Notes: generated from the sequence alone by a model not told the origin. Shown: positions 25,734-38,213, counted from the first letter of the stretch. The stretch is 64,000 nucleotides of DNA from Polyangiaceae bacterium (GCA_044222475.1 JBGANF010000005.1:64001-128000); one strand, 5' to 3'. Numbers and translations are program-made.

Positions 25734-26911
25734 AGGGGTCCTGGGTCGTCACGCTCTGGTCGATCTTCGGCGTCGTCTTCGCGATCGGCGGGGGCTCCGT
25801 CGTGTACCTGCTCGCGTCCGCCCGCGCAGGCGCGGGCGCCGGGGCAGGCGCGGTCGTGGCGTTCCTGGTCGTTCCGATCGGCCTGGGGATCGGACTTCGT
25901 CGGTGGCGCGTCGCGGTGCACGGGACGTTCGCCCTCGGCCTCGCCGTGCTCGTCGTGACGGCGAAGTGGCTCCCGCGTCAGACGAGGGATGCCTTTGCCG
26001 CCGCGTTCGCGGACGATCACTCACCCGATGCCGGCCCCGATGCAGCGCAAGCAGCCGAAACGCCCGATGCGACGCCGAGCCCGACCGAGCCCGAGTCGAC
26101 CGACTTCACCTTCGGCAGCGCGAGCTACACCGAGGACGACTGCCCGCCGCTCGAGGACTTGTCCGCCCTCGCCGCCGCGCACGTCCCCGGTGGCACGCGC
26201 GCGACCGCCGAAGCGCTCGCGCGAGCGCGATACCCGATTGGCCTCCCGTTCCTTCAGGCCCAGACGGACGCGATGCTCGCGGCCTGGTACACGAAGGCGC
26301 CCGACTCGCTCGAGGGTGTCGCATCCCGCTTCGACGTGGCGGTGCACGAAGGCTCGCACGTCTGGGTGAGCAAGCGCTTCGACCCCGCGACCGAGACGTA
26401 CCCGGTGCGGACCGATCTCTCGATCGTGACGAAGCGCCTCCACAACTTCGATCGCAGCGCGATCGTCCTTCGCCACGTCGACGCGGCAACGGATCCCTAC
26501 GCGAAGATCTACCTGAGCGGCGCGAGCGGCGCGCAGGGCTTCAACACCTTGCTCGACGAGTACAACGCGTACACCCACACGCTCGCGGCGCGACTCTGCA
26601 CGCGCGACCTCATGGCGTCGGGCACGAGGGTGAGCGCGCGCGATGGGATCCTGACGATGATGTACTACGTCGAGACGTACCTCGCGATCGCGCGCGAGGA
26701 GCACCCCGCCGACTACGCCGCGATCCTGGCCGACCCGGGTCACCGTCGGTTGATCCTCACGGTGTGGGATCGCGCGGAGCTCTGGCTGCGTCGGAGCGCC
26801 GAGTTCCACGCGCTCGGCATCGACGACGCGCGGATCAAGACCTGGGTCTACGATCCGACGCGTCTCGCCGAGCTGACGCGTGTCCGCGACGCCGAAGCGC
26901 GCGACCACTGA
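25730..26911 (+). CDS. Membrane-anchored hypothetical protein with HExxH motif
   Basis: 3 N-terminal TM, acidic linker, HEGSH and downstream LLDEYNAY. Confidence 0.65.
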   Translation: MKGSWVVTLWSIFGVVFAIGGGSVVYLLASARAGAGAGAGAVVAFLVVPIGLGIGLRRWRVAVHGTFALGLAVLVVTAKWLPRQTRDAFAAAFADDHSPDAGPDAAQAAETPDATPSPTEPESTDFTFGSASYTEDDCPPLEDLSALAAAHVPGGTRATAEALARARYPIGLPFLQAQTDAMLAAWYTKAPDSLEGVASRFDVAVHEGSHVWVSKRFDPATETYPVRTDLSIVTKRLHNFDRSAIVLRHVDAATDPYAKIYLSGASGAQGFNTLLDEYNAYTHTLAARLCTRDLMASGTRVSARDGILTMMYYVETYLAIAREEHPADYAAILADPGHRRLILTVWDRAELWLRRSAEFHALGIDDARIKTWVYDPTRLAELTRVRDAEARDH

Positions 26912-26920
26912 GGCCCTCAC

Positions 26921-27448
26921 CTACGACGCTTGCGCGTACGCGAAGGCCGGCGCGGTGCCGGTCGGCAACGTGGCCGGCGTCACCATCGCGGTCTGCGCCG
27001 ACGGGTGCACTCGAACGATCCACGAGTGGGTGGCGTCGATCTTGGTCACGTCGAGGATGTGCTTGCGTCGCATCACCATCGCGGTGATCAGCCCACCGAA
27101 CAGCATGAGCATCCCGACGAAGGCCATCGCGCCGCTCTGGAACATCGCCGGCCCGAGGAACGTGAAGAGGAACCCCGGGAGCCAGCTCACGCCGACGATG
27201 AGGTTCCACTTCTTCCACTGGCCGTCGCACGACGAGCAGATGGGGAGCTCGAACTGAGCCGTCTTGGTGAACAGCTTCTGAATGAGCGGACCGAAGAACT
27301 TCGCCCACGTCGGCACCCAAGCGAACTTGTGAGCGCGCTTGCCGAGACCGTGGGTGGTGCCGCATTTCACGCACACCTGGGGAAAAGAAGCGCCGTTCGC
27401 GACGACGAGGGTTTCACCTTCGAGGCGAGCAGACTGACGAGCGTTCAT
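26921..27448 (-). CDS. Hypothetical protein: CxxC...CxxC knuckle plus 2 TM
   Basis: FPQVCVKCG, LPICSSC, two hydrophobic helices. Confidence 0.7.
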   Translation of the reverse strand: MNARQSARLEGETLVVANGASFPQVCVKCGTTHGLGKRAHKFAWVPTWAKFFGPLIQKLFTKTAQFELPICSSCDGQWKKWNLIVGVSWLPGFLFTFLGPAMFQSGAMAFVGMLMLFGGLITAMVMRRKHILDVTKIDATHSWIVRVHPSAQTAMVTPATLPTGTAPAFAYAQAS

Positions 27449-27566
27449 GATGAGATCTCCGTGGGGGCGGAGCACGGCGCGCGACCTCCCGTTACAGGGC
27501 AGCGCGACGACACCCCATGTACGGAGCCCGCTTCGGGATCTCCCCTCCCCGTGTAGAATCCGCGCC

Positions 27567-29347
<1,781 letters not shown>

Positions 29348-29351
<4 letters not shown>

Positions 29352-30349
29352 GCGAACGAGACCCCATCGCAGCGTTCTGGGAGTGGTGGCCGACCATCCA
29401 GGGCGACATCGCTCGCGGCTTCAAGTCCGGCGGACTCACCGAGGAGATCGTCGAGGCGCTCAGCGAGCGCATCCGCGCGATCGATCCGAAGCTCGACTGG
29501 GAGTTCGGCCCCGGCCAGACGAGCGAGCATCACCTCTGCCTCTCGGGGAAAGGCAACCCGATCCTCCGCGTCGTCGCCGAGCGCTGGCGACGTCGCGCGC
29601 CGGCGCCCGACGCGACGTGGGAGTTCCACGCGTCGCGCCAGCCTCACGGCAACGGCGGGCTCGTCCTCGAGATCGCCGGGCACGAGGTCGCGCTCGACGA
29701 CACCGTGCTCCTCGTCGCCGAGGACGAGACGCGCGAGAAGCTCGACGTGCGGGTCTTCCATCCGGTGTTCTCGGCGACGGACGACAAGAACCTCAAGATC
29801 CAGATCACGTTCATCAGCCTGGACACCGCCCTCGGCGAGGACGACGTCGAGCGATGGGTCGGCGCGGTCGAGCTCGCCGACGGTCCGATCGACGGGGCCG
29901 TTCCCTTGGCCATGCTGCGCGAGCGGAGCAAAGCCTTCGCTGCCAAAGCAACCGGCGACAAGTGGATCATCCTCCGCGGCGAGAAGGACGGCTCGCCGGT
30001 GTTCGTCACGATCAACGCGGCGCTGAAGCGCATCGACCACCTCTTGCTCGACACCCACGTCGAGATCGAGCTCGCGCTCGCGAAGCCCACCCCGGAGGGG
30101 TTGACGACGAAGGAAGAAGCCGACGTCCTCAACCGCATGGAGGACGAGCTCACCGAGCTCCTCGGCGAAGAGGCCGCCCACATCGGTCGCGAGACCGGGT
30201 TCGGCAAGCGGGTGCTCCACTACCACGTGATGGATAGCGGCCCCGCCGCGGCCATCGTCGGTCGATGGCGTGCCCGCCACAGCGGCTACGCGATCGAGGT
30301 CAGGGTGAGACCGGATCCGCTCTGGGACGTCCTCGACCGCTGGCGCTAG
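29348..30349 (+). CDS. DUF695-domain protein
   Basis: AFWEWW..LDWEFG N-terminus; EGLTTKEEADVLNRMED..GRETG C-terminus; ATGA overlap. Confidence 0.75.
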
Positions 30350-32706
30350 TTCGGGCCGGAGCAGCCGCCCGGCACCGGCGGCGACACGTCGTTGTCGATG
30401 CGGCACTGCTTCGTCGGCGAAGGCACCTCGACGGTGGCGTACGCCTTCCCCGAGAGAAGCGAGGGGGGCGGGTTCGCGATCGGGAGCTCGACGGTCTGCG
30501 CCGCCGCCGGACCGAGCGCAGCGGTCGTGACCGCCTGTCCCAAAAGGGTACCACTCGGCCAAGTCCCTTCGAAGAACTTCACGATCGCACCGGGCGGGAG
30601 CAACGCTTGGCCGAGGTTTCGCACGGTCGCGATCATCTTGTAGCTCGGCGAGCACTGGATCCCGAGCGTGACGATGGCGTCCGTCGCCGAGAACTCGGCG
30701 CCGGGCTGCTTGTTCTGGCGGAAGTTGTTCAGGCCCGGCTGGTTCCAGTTCGCGAGCTCGCTCTTGGGGATGCGCCCGTCTTCGCCGACGTTGGTGATGT
30801 GGTACGTGTGCTCGTTCCAGATGCGGCGCGACCGCACCCACGACGACGTCGCGCTGCCGAAGATGCGGATGCCCGACTGCTTGCTCGCGTTGTCCGGGCA
30901 GGTGATGCCGTACGCGTTCGACGCCACGATGATGTCGGCCTGACCGTCGTTGTCGACGTCGGCCACGAGCGGGTACTCCCACAACGTGCCGGTGGTGTTG
31001 CACGTCGACGGGATGAGGTTGGTGCCGGTTTTCCCGTCGTACATCCACAGGTGGTACTCGTCGGAGTAGATGACCTCGGCCTTGCCGTCGCCGTTGAAGT
31101 CGAAGACGGACGACCCGGTGACTGCGGACGAGCAATCGTGCGTCGTCTTGAACCACAGGATCGTCTGCGGGTTCGTCAACGACTTGTTCATCAACGCCGC
31201 GCCCGAGAGCACGACGTAGCCGACGGCGCCCGCGACGCCGACGTCCGCGTAGCCGTCGCCGTCGAAGTCGGCGACCGTCGGCGGTCCGCCGCCGTACTCG
31301 CTGGCCGCGCTGCAGAACGTCGCGGTCGAGATCCCGTTGTTGATGTCGATGTCGCGCCGGACGACCTCGGCGCCGCTCGGTTTCTGCGCGTCCCAGCGAA
31401 CGACGTACGCCCGGTGCGGGCCGCTCGACGAGACGACGACGACCTCGGGCTTGCCGTCTTTGTCGAAGTCGCCGACGGCGTTGTAGCCGACGGGGATCGC
31501 GTCGACGCCGGACCGCAGGTCCCAGATCACGGCGCCGGTCGCCTTGTAGGCGCGCTGTCCGTCGACGACGTCGAGCAGACCGTCGCCGTCGACGTCGACG
31601 AGGCTCGTCAACCGCTGGCCCCACGTGGTCGCCGGATCGAGCTCCTTCTTCACCGCGCCGGTCTTGCCGTCGAGCAGCGTCAGACCGACGAGGACCTCGG
31701 GGATGCCGTCACCGTCGGTGTCTCCGATCGCCGGCGCGTTGTAGCCGCAGTGAACCTTGTTCGTGTCCGGCTGGGTCCACACGACCTGGCCCTTCGCGTC
31801 GTACGCGACGACGCCGGTGTTCTGCGCCAGCGCATCGCAGCAGCTGTTTCCGTTCGGTCCCGGGTTCATGCACGCCACGACCTCGGGCACGCCGTCGCCG
31901 GTGAGATCGCCCGAGGCGAGCCCGCCGCCGGGCTGGACGCCGTTCGGCACCGACCACTTGTCGCTGACGACGCCGTTCTTGATCGTGATCGCGTGCAGCG
32001 TGCCCTGCTTGTAGTAGGCGCCGCCGGTGAACGTGGAGAACAGGATGTCCGGGATGTCCTCGCCGGTGATCTTGCCGTCGCAGTTGTCGTCGTCGAGCTG
32101 AGTGACGATCGGCGCCATCATGACGTCGCTCGCGTACGGGAACGTGACGTTGCCGCCCCACGAATACTTCACGACGGGATCGAACGCGGTCGTGGGCGGC
32201 TTGAACTCGCACTTCTCGAGGCACGAGAGAGCTCCGCCGTCGCCCGTTCCGCCGTCGGGCGCGCAGATCGGCGGCTTCGGCAAGCAGCGACCGTCGGGGA
32301 CGGCCTTCCCGCCCGAGCATCCCGCTTCGAGCGGCGCCCCGCCGTCGTTCGAGCCGAGCGACGGATCGCAGTACTCGTTCGGCGCGCAGTCCGACGACTC
32401 GACGCACGGTCCGCCGGGCGTCACGCACTTCTGGAACGAGCAGATCTGCCCGCCACCGCAGCACGCCTCGCCGCACGCGCGGTCCGCCGCGCAGCACTGC
32501 CCGCCGGCGCACACTCCGCCGTCGCCGCAGCTCGATCCGCTCGGGCAGTTGGCGCCATCCGGAAACGACGGAGAGTCGCCGCCGGTGCCGTCCGCTCCGC
32601 CGTCGAGCGGACCGTTCCCTTCGTCGGTGCCGCAGCCCATGGCCACCCGGCCGAGAGCGACGAGCGACGCGACCACGATGCCGAGCTTCAGCGAGCGAGC
32701 GTTCAT
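30346..32706 (-). CDS. FG-GAP/VCBS repeat lipoprotein with Cys-rich region and C-terminal CARDB-like domain
   Basis: Lipobox AMGC; repeated DxDGDGxxE/D motifs; SSAVTGSSVFDFNGDG; WNEHTYHITNV; TVRNLG. Confidence 0.88.
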   Translation of the reverse strand: MNARSLKLGIVVASLVALGRVAMGCGTDEGNGPLDGGADGTGGDSPSFPDGANCPSGSSCGDGGVCAGGQCCAADRACGEACCGGGQICSFQKCVTPGGPCVESSDCAPNEYCDPSLGSNDGGAPLEAGCSGGKAVPDGRCLPKPPICAPDGGTGDGGALSCLEKCEFKPPTTAFDPVVKYSWGGNVTFPYASDVMMAPIVTQLDDDNCDGKITGEDIPDILFSTFTGGAYYKQGTLHAITIKNGVVSDKWSVPNGVQPGGGLASGDLTGDGVPEVVACMNPGPNGNSCCDALAQNTGVVAYDAKGQVVWTQPDTNKVHCGYNAPAIGDTDGDGIPEVLVGLTLLDGKTGAVKKELDPATTWGQRLTSLVDVDGDGLLDVVDGQRAYKATGAVIWDLRSGVDAIPVGYNAVGDFDKDGKPEVVVVSSSGPHRAYVVRWDAQKPSGAEVVRRDIDINNGISTATFCSAASEYGGGPPTVADFDGDGYADVGVAGAVGYVVLSGAALMNKSLTNPQTILWFKTTHDCSSAVTGSSVFDFNGDGKAEVIYSDEYHLWMYDGKTGTNLIPSTCNTTGTLWEYPLVADVDNDGQADIIVASNAYGITCPDNASKQSGIRIFGSATSSWVRSRRIWNEHTYHITNVGEDGRIPKSELANWNQPGLNNFRQNKQPGAEFSATDAIVTLGIQCSPSYKMIATVRNLGQALLPPGAIVKFFEGTWPSGTLLGQAVTTAALGPAAAQTVELPIANPPPSLLSGKAYATVEVPSPTKQCRIDNDVSPPVPGGCSGPN

Positions 32707-32737
32707 CGCTCGATCGTCGCCCGCCCCTCGGCGAGCG

Positions 32738-33175
32738 TCAATCGTCCGCGGTGGCCTCGGTGGTCGTCGCGGGCTTGGTCTTCGCCTTGTTCTTCTTGGC
32801 CTTCGTCTTCGTCTTCCCGAGCAGCGCGTCGATCGTTCCGTCGGCGAGGGCCGCCTTCGTCAGATCGCGACCGCCGATGAGCGTTCCCTTCACGAAGACC
32901 TGCGGATAGAGAGGCCACCCGCTCCAGAGCTTGATCGCGAGGCGCTCGCGCCACTTCGAGAAGTAGCCGCCGATCTCGATGTAGTGGACGGTGTGGCCCG
33001 CCTCCTCGAGCGCGTCGCGTGCGGCGCCGCACGCCGAGTTGAGAGCCATCCCGATCACGACGACGTCGTGGTCGGCGACGGCGCGCTTGATCTCCTCGAG
33101 GCGCTCGGAGTGGAACTTCTCCATGTACGCGACGGCTTCGGGCGTGGCCTTGTTCAAGAGCGGGCGTTCGGACAT
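32738..33175 (-). CDS. Glutaredoxin-like protein with Lys-rich tail
   Basis: GGYFSKWRERLAIKLWSGWPLYPQVFVKGTLIGG. Confidence 0.85.
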   Translation of the reverse strand: MSERPLLNKATPEAVAYMEKFHSERLEEIKRAVADHDVVVIGMALNSACGAARDALEEAGHTVHYIEIGGYFSKWRERLAIKLWSGWPLYPQVFVKGTLIGGRDLTKAALADGTIDALLGKTKTKAKKNKAKTKPATTTEATADD

Positions 33176-33242
33176 GGCCGAGACTGTAAACCCGGCCGGA
33201 CGCGGTGCAAGCCGCGCCACGCAGTTCTTCACAACTTCACGA

Positions 33243-34178
33243 TCACTGCGGCGCGCAGGTCGACACGCCGGCCCCGACGATCGGCGCCTTGTACCCAGGG
33301 AAGATCGTCGACGTCTTCGTCTCGGGATCGTAGCGGACGACCCTCTGACCCGACGGGTTCACGAAGAGCCAGAAATACCCGCCCCAGGTCGCGAACGCCC
33401 AGGCGGTGCCCATCGTGATCCCCGGCAGATCGTCCTTGGCGAGGACGTTCCCGGTCTCTCGCTCGATCTCGGCGATGGCCGTGTCGTCCCCGCCGCTCGC
33501 GGTCGTGGTGAAGAACGCGAAGAGCCGTCCGTCGCCCGTGCCGGTGAGCTCCGCGTCGGTGATCTCGGGCTTGAATTTCCCGAGGTTCTCGAGCGTGAAG
33601 GTGGTCGCCACGTCGACGCGACCCAGGTAGCTCCCGCTGCGCGATGCGACGTAGAGCTCCTCGGCTGGGTTCAGGCCCTTGGTCGCGAAGCCCATCCCGA
33701 ACTTGCCGAAGTCGCCGTACTGCGGCTCGAAGGTCGTCGCTTCGCAGCTCGCGTCCTTCGTGCTCACCTTCATCAGGCGCCCGTAGTTCGGCGTGTCCGA
33801 GCCGTAGAGCACGTAGGCGTCTCCGGCGTGGTCCACCGCCATCGAGAACGGGTGAAACCCCGGCGGCACGGGACACTTCAAGGTGCCGATCGGCGTGAAC
33901 GACACCGTCGGCGGGTCGAACGAGACGAGCTCGTCGGTCTCCGTGACGACGTAGACGAAGCGCGACGCCGCCGGGCAGAGCACGTTGATCACGTCGAGGT
34001 GACGCACGTCGAGCGGCGGGGGCACGTCCCACTGCTGGACGTCCACGAAGCGGTCCGGCTTCGCGTCGACGCCGGCGTCCTCGTGGTGACCGATGGGCAG
34101 CCCCGTCCGCGCACCGCAAGCGAGCATGAGCCCGCAGACCGCGGTGGTCAGGGCGAGGCCGGTCACGAAGCGTCTCAT
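33243..34178 (-). CDS. Myxobacterial-type lipoprotein, probable beta-propeller
   Basis: LACGARTGL lipobox; PFSMAVD, FGMGF, AELTGTGDGRLF, IVGAGVSTCAP. Confidence 0.78.
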   Translation of the reverse strand: MRRFVTGLALTTAVCGLMLACGARTGLPIGHHEDAGVDAKPDRFVDVQQWDVPPPLDVRHLDVINVLCPAASRFVYVVTETDELVSFDPPTVSFTPIGTLKCPVPPGFHPFSMAVDHAGDAYVLYGSDTPNYGRLMKVSTKDASCEATTFEPQYGDFGKFGMGFATKGLNPAEELYVASRSGSYLGRVDVATTFTLENLGKFKPEITDAELTGTGDGRLFAFFTTTASGGDDTAIAEIERETGNVLAKDDLPGITMGTAWAFATWGGYFWLFVNPSGQRVVRYDPETKTSTIFPGYKAPIVGAGVSTCAPQ

Positions 34179-34195
34179 GGGGTCGGCTCCCGACA

Positions 34196-34211
34196 AGCAC
34201 CCGTCGTGCCA
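34196..34211 (-). promoter_or_regulatory. Sigma54 -24/-12 promoter TGGCACGACGGGTGCT
   Basis: TGGCAC-N6-TGC (GG-N10-GC) ~19 nt upstream of ATG 34178. Confidence 0.6.
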
Positions 34212-34317
34212 GCCCGAAGTGAGCGCGTTTTATCGCGATTTTGAGCGGGTACGTGCGCTTTTTGACGGCACCGCCCGATTGCGAAGCACCCGAACGAGTG
34301 CGAGCATCGAACGCGCC

Positions 34318-34821
34318 ATGACGATCCAAATTGGCGAGCGAATCCCCGACGCAACCCTCTTCGAGTCCACCGAGTTCGGCGAAGCCTGCCCGGTTGCTCC
34401 GACCAAGATCTCCGTCGCCGAAGCGACGAAGGGCAAGCGCATCGTGATCTTCGGCCTGCCCGGCGCCTACACGCCGACCTGCTCGGCGAAGCACGTTCCC
34501 GGCTACCTGAAACACCTCGACGCCTTGAAGGCGAAGAAGGTCGACGAGGTGTGGTGCCTCTCGGTCAACGACGGCTACGTCATGGCCGCGTGGGGCAAGG
34601 AGCAAGGCGTCATCGGGAAGATCCGCATGCTCGGCGACGGAGCTGGAGAGCTCACGAAGAAGCTCGGGCTCGACCTCGACCTCACGGCCAGCGGGATGGG
34701 TCTGCGGATGAAGCGCTTCTCGATGCTCGTCGACGACGGCGTCGTGAAGCAGCTCAACATCGAAGCGCCATCCAAGTTCGAGGTCAGCAACGCGGAGACG
34801 ATGCTCGCTCAGTTGGCCTGA
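34318..34821 (+). CDS. Peroxiredoxin (Prx5/type II)
   Basis: FGLPGAYTPTCSAKHVPGY, SVNDGYVMAAW, RFSMLVDDG. Confidence 0.95.
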   Translation: MTIQIGERIPDATLFESTEFGEACPVAPTKISVAEATKGKRIVIFGLPGAYTPTCSAKHVPGYLKHLDALKAKKVDEVWCLSVNDGYVMAAWGKEQGVIGKIRMLGDGAGELTKKLGLDLDLTASGMGLRMKRFSMLVDDGVVKQLNIEAPSKFEVSNAETMLAQLA

Positions 34822-36003
34822 TCAGTCGTCGTCGTCGCGATTGCGGCCGGCGCCCGGCTGACTGAGCAAGTTGCGCAGCGACGAGGGGGCGTAGAGGATC
34901 ATCCACCACGCTTCGGGCTCGGGGGCTTTGCCCATCACGCCGGTCGCCTTCTCGGGGATCATCGACGTCGTCTTGCAGTACTGGCAGACCGCGACGCGCG
35001 TCCCGTGAGGGAGCGACAGCGACGACCCGCACTGCGGACACAAGATCGCGAGCGCAGCGGTGCCGGCCTTCGGCTCGACGCGCGCGGGCGCGCGACCGTG
35101 CACCAGATCGTCGGCGATCGCGGCGAGGAGCTCGGGGCACTCGGCGATGATCGACTGCGGCGCGGTGTGGGTTTCGTTCACGTTGCAGCGACGGCACACG
35201 ACCTGAGCGACACCTCGCGCCGGAAAGCTCACCTCGAGCGGGCTGTAGCACTGATGACAAAGCGGATGGCCCGGGAAGAGTGCGACGTCGTACGTGCCGG
35301 TCTTCATCCCACCCGAGCTGAACACCGTGCCCGACTGCTCCATCGTCAACCGCGCGCGCTCGAGGCCGATCTTCGGGAGGAAGTTCTTCATCAGCTCCGG
35401 GATCATCTCCGAGACGTCGTCCCAGCCGTCTTGATCGTCGAGCCAGTCTTCTTCTGGCATGACGGGCGGCCACGGCGGGTAGATGCGCATGTTGGTCCAG
35501 AACGCGTCGCCGACGACGTTCGCGATCCGGACGAGCTTCTCCTTCCACATGTCGGTGTCGAAGAGGCGCTCCTGACTGCAGCCGAAGCAGTAGAAGCGAC
35601 CGTCGGCGTCGAGCGTGTCGATCGGTGACTTGGTGCCGCACTGCACGCAACCGAACTTGCAGCGCACCTGCATGAACATCACGCCGGTCGGCGGATACGG
35701 GATCGTCAGCGTGGGCGATACGGGACCGTTGCACGCACCGCACGCTTGAAGCACCGGCGGCACGTTCGCGCCGCAGTGCGCACAGATGCGCAAGCCCGAC
35801 GGGTGCATCCCCGCCGGCATCGCGGCGTTCGCGATGTTCGGCGCCGCCGCGGGCGCGGCCGCGGGTGGTGGTCCCGCGAACGCGGACGCGGCAGCAGGAG
35901 GCGCAGCCGCGGGCGGCGCCGCCGCAGCTTGCGGCTTGCCGCAGCTCGAGCAGAAACGCGCGTTCACTTCGTTGGGCGCACCACACGATGAGCAAGCGGC
36001 CAT
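34822..36003 (-). CDS. Multi zinc-ribbon protein (10 CxxC)
   Basis: CSSC x2, CAHC, CGAC, CVQC, CFGC, CHQC, CRRC, CPQC, CQYC; Ala/Pro linker. Confidence 0.8.
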   Translation of the reverse strand: MAACSSCGAPNEVNARFCSSCGKPQAAAAPPAAAPPAAASAFAGPPPAAAPAAAPNIANAAMPAGMHPSGLRICAHCGANVPPVLQACGACNGPVSPTLTIPYPPTGVMFMQVRCKFGCVQCGTKSPIDTLDADGRFYCFGCSQERLFDTDMWKEKLVRIANVVGDAFWTNMRIYPPWPPVMPEEDWLDDQDGWDDVSEMIPELMKNFLPKIGLERARLTMEQSGTVFSSGGMKTGTYDVALFPGHPLCHQCYSPLEVSFPARGVAQVVCRRCNVNETHTAPQSIIAECPELLAAIADDLVHGRAPARVEPKAGTAALAILCPQCGSSLSLPHGTRVAVCQYCKTTSMIPEKATGVMGKAPEPEAWWMILYAPSSLRNLLSQPGAGRNRDDDD

Positions 36004-36029
36004 GGTCGAGCGAGGATACGGGACTTATC

Positions 36030-36992
36030 TCACTTGCAACAGACCGTGCGCATGGAGACCGGCGTAGTTGCTCCGCCCGCGGCGCCGACGGTCGTCGAGC
36101 ACGTGCCGCTCGCCGTCACCTTGACGATCGTGTTTGGGCCGACCGTGACCGGGGTACACGTCTCGGCCGGCATGTTGATGGCGTTCCCCGACACGGTGGC
36201 GCAGTTGGAGTCGGAGTACGACTGGACGTTCGCGTTGCAGACGCCGTTGGTGACGCTGCACGTGCAGCCGGTGCAGGTTCGCGCGTCGGTCACGGACTTC
36301 GCGATGAGGGTGCGCTGGGGAGCGGTCTGCGGGCAGCTCACGTCCCCGTTTGCGACGAAGCAGGTCTTCGTGCCCTGCGGAGGCTGGCACAGGCTCGCGC
36401 ACGTCGTCGACGAGGACGGGGTGCAGAGCGCGGCCTGATTGCCGTACGGCTTCGCGAAGCTCGGCGTGGTCGAGCAGCTCACGTTGCCCGACCCGTTGCC
36501 GGTCAGCTTCATCGCGACCGCGGTTGCGTAGTTCTGCGGCGAGCCCTGGCAGGTCCCCGAAACGCCGAGCGTGCCCACGATGTTGGAGCAACTCGCAAGC
36601 GCGTAGATCTGCAATTTCGCGGTGCTGCACCCACCCAACGAACAGCTGCACGAGCACGTGCCGGAGGCGATCCCGGAGACCGGGTTCGTCACGACGTTCT
36701 CCACCGTTGCGGAGTTGGGACAGTTGTCGCCGTCGCTGCCGTAGAGGATCGGTGAGAACCCCAGCGGCACGGTGAGATCGCACCCGCACCCACCGTCGGG
36801 GATGACGACGACGGGGGAGTCGGGCGACGCGTCGGAGCTCCCGCCGTCGGTGGACGAGTCGACGGCACCGTCGGCGGACGGGTCGACCGCGGCGTCGGTC
36901 GCCACGTCGAGGTTGGAGAGCCCGCTCACCAACGCGCACCCGGTCATCGTCACGACGAGCGGGAAGACGAAGCCGAGGTATTTCGGGCCCAC
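36030..36992 (-). CDS. Cys-rich lipoprotein
   Basis: Lipobox MTGC; DA/DG linker; CSCSC, DARTCTGCTC, TVCC. Confidence 0.75.
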   Translation of the reverse strand: MGPKYLGFVFPLVVTMTGCALVSGLSNLDVATDAAVDPSADGAVDSSTDGGSSDASPDSPVVVIPDGGCGCDLTVPLGFSPILYGSDGDNCPNSATVENVVTNPVSGIASGTCSCSCSLGGCSTAKLQIYALASCSNIVGTLGVSGTCQGSPQNYATAVAMKLTGNGSGNVSCSTTPSFAKPYGNQAALCTPSSSTTCASLCQPPQGTKTCFVANGDVSCPQTAPQRTLIAKSVTDARTCTGCTCSVTNGVCNANVQSYSDSNCATVSGNAINMPAETCTPVTVGPNTIVKVTASGTCSTTVGAAGGATTPVSMRTVCCK

Positions 36993-37213
36993 GCTTCATC
37001 GTCGCGCGGTGGGACACCCCGGTCAATCGACGCTCGCGAAAGCGAGCGTGGATCGCGAACGCACCCCCTCCCGGTTCGCATTGGCTCGCGGCGTGCGCGC
37101 TTTGCCTACATGGATAGTCGCGGCCCCAGTGACGGCTCGGAGACGATCACTTTGCCGGCAATTTCTCGGCATTTCCGGTCCGGCGATCGCCACCTCGCGA
37201 GGATTCGCGAGTT

Positions 37214-37229
37214 TGGCTCGGTCCCTGCA
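37214..37229 (+). promoter_or_regulatory. Sigma54-like promoter TGGCTCGGTCCCTGCA
   Basis: GG-N10-GC, 14 nt upstream of ATG 37242. Confidence 0.5.
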
Positions 37230-37241
37230 ATGCACACCGTC

Positions 37242-38213
37242 ATGCACAGCTCCCGACGAAACGTCCTCGCGAGCGCGGCGCTCACTCTGACCCTCGGAGG
37301 CGCCGTGCTCGGCGCGCTCGCGAGCGGGCGCCACGCCAAGGCGGAGGGGACCGACGCCGCCGACGCCAACGCCCGCTGCGCGATGCGACTCGCCATCGCC
37401 CTTCAAGGCGACGCACCGACGGCGGAGCTCCTCGCGTCGCAGACGCCGCAGGCGTCGGTCGATCAGATGGTCACGACGCCGGCGTTCCGCGACCGCTTCG
37501 CGAGCTTCGTGAACGCCGAGTTCAATGGCGGCCCCGCGACCGACCCCCTCACCGACACAGTCTACTGGATGGCGAAGTGGGTCCTCGCGAACGACAAGCC
37601 GTGGAAGGATCTCTTCATCGGCGCGTACGACGTCGCCGCCAGCGTCGACAAGAAGAGCCTCGACGTCGTCGCCTCGGCGAACGGCCTCGGCTACTTCCGC
37701 ACGAAGCCGTGGATGCTCCGCTACGCCGGCAACGAAGAGGCGGGCATCCGCATCTCGGCCGCGTATCACATGATCCAGAACACGACCGGCTTCGAGGTAC
37801 CCGCGTCGGTGGCGAAGCCCGGTGAGGATCGCAGCGCGGCCGGCCGCCTGGCCTCCGGCTGCGCGGGTTGCCACTACAGCCCGTGGTTCGCGCTCGACAA
37901 GGCTGCGGCGGTGCTGTCGCGGAAGAAGGTCGACGGCACGACCGGCGCGATCAGCTTCGATGCGACCGCCGTCCAACCGACCCAGCTCCTCGGGAAGACG
38001 CTCACGAACGACGCGGACCTCGTGAAGACGTTGGTCGGGTCCGAGTACTTCGACTTCGCGCAGTGCCGTCTCGTCTTCAAGTTCCTCTACGGCCGTAGGG
38101 AGAACCAGTGCGAGGCGCCGCTCTTCGACAAGTGCGTCGACGCGCTCCGCAACACCGGGAAGATTCAACCTGCCATCGCCGCCGTCGCCAAGGACGCAGC
38201 GTTTTGCCAATGA
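37242..38213 (+). CDS. Exported protein with single CxxCH (DUF1549/DUF1585-type partner of DUF1501)
   Basis: SRRNVL signal; CAGCH; FKFLYGRREN; alternative start 37230. Confidence 0.65.
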   Translation: MHSSRRNVLASAALTLTLGGAVLGALASGRHAKAEGTDAADANARCAMRLAIALQGDAPTAELLASQTPQASVDQMVTTPAFRDRFASFVNAEFNGGPATDPLTDTVYWMAKWVLANDKPWKDLFIGAYDVAASVDKKSLDVVASANGLGYFRTKPWMLRYAGNEEAGIRISAAYHMIQNTTGFEVPASVAKPGEDRSAAGRLASGCAGCHYSPWFALDKAAAVLSRKKVDGTTGAISFDATAVQPTQLLGKTLTNDADLVKTLVGSEYFDFAQCRLVFKFLYGRRENQCEAPLFDKCVDALRNTGKIQPAIAAVAKDAAFCQ

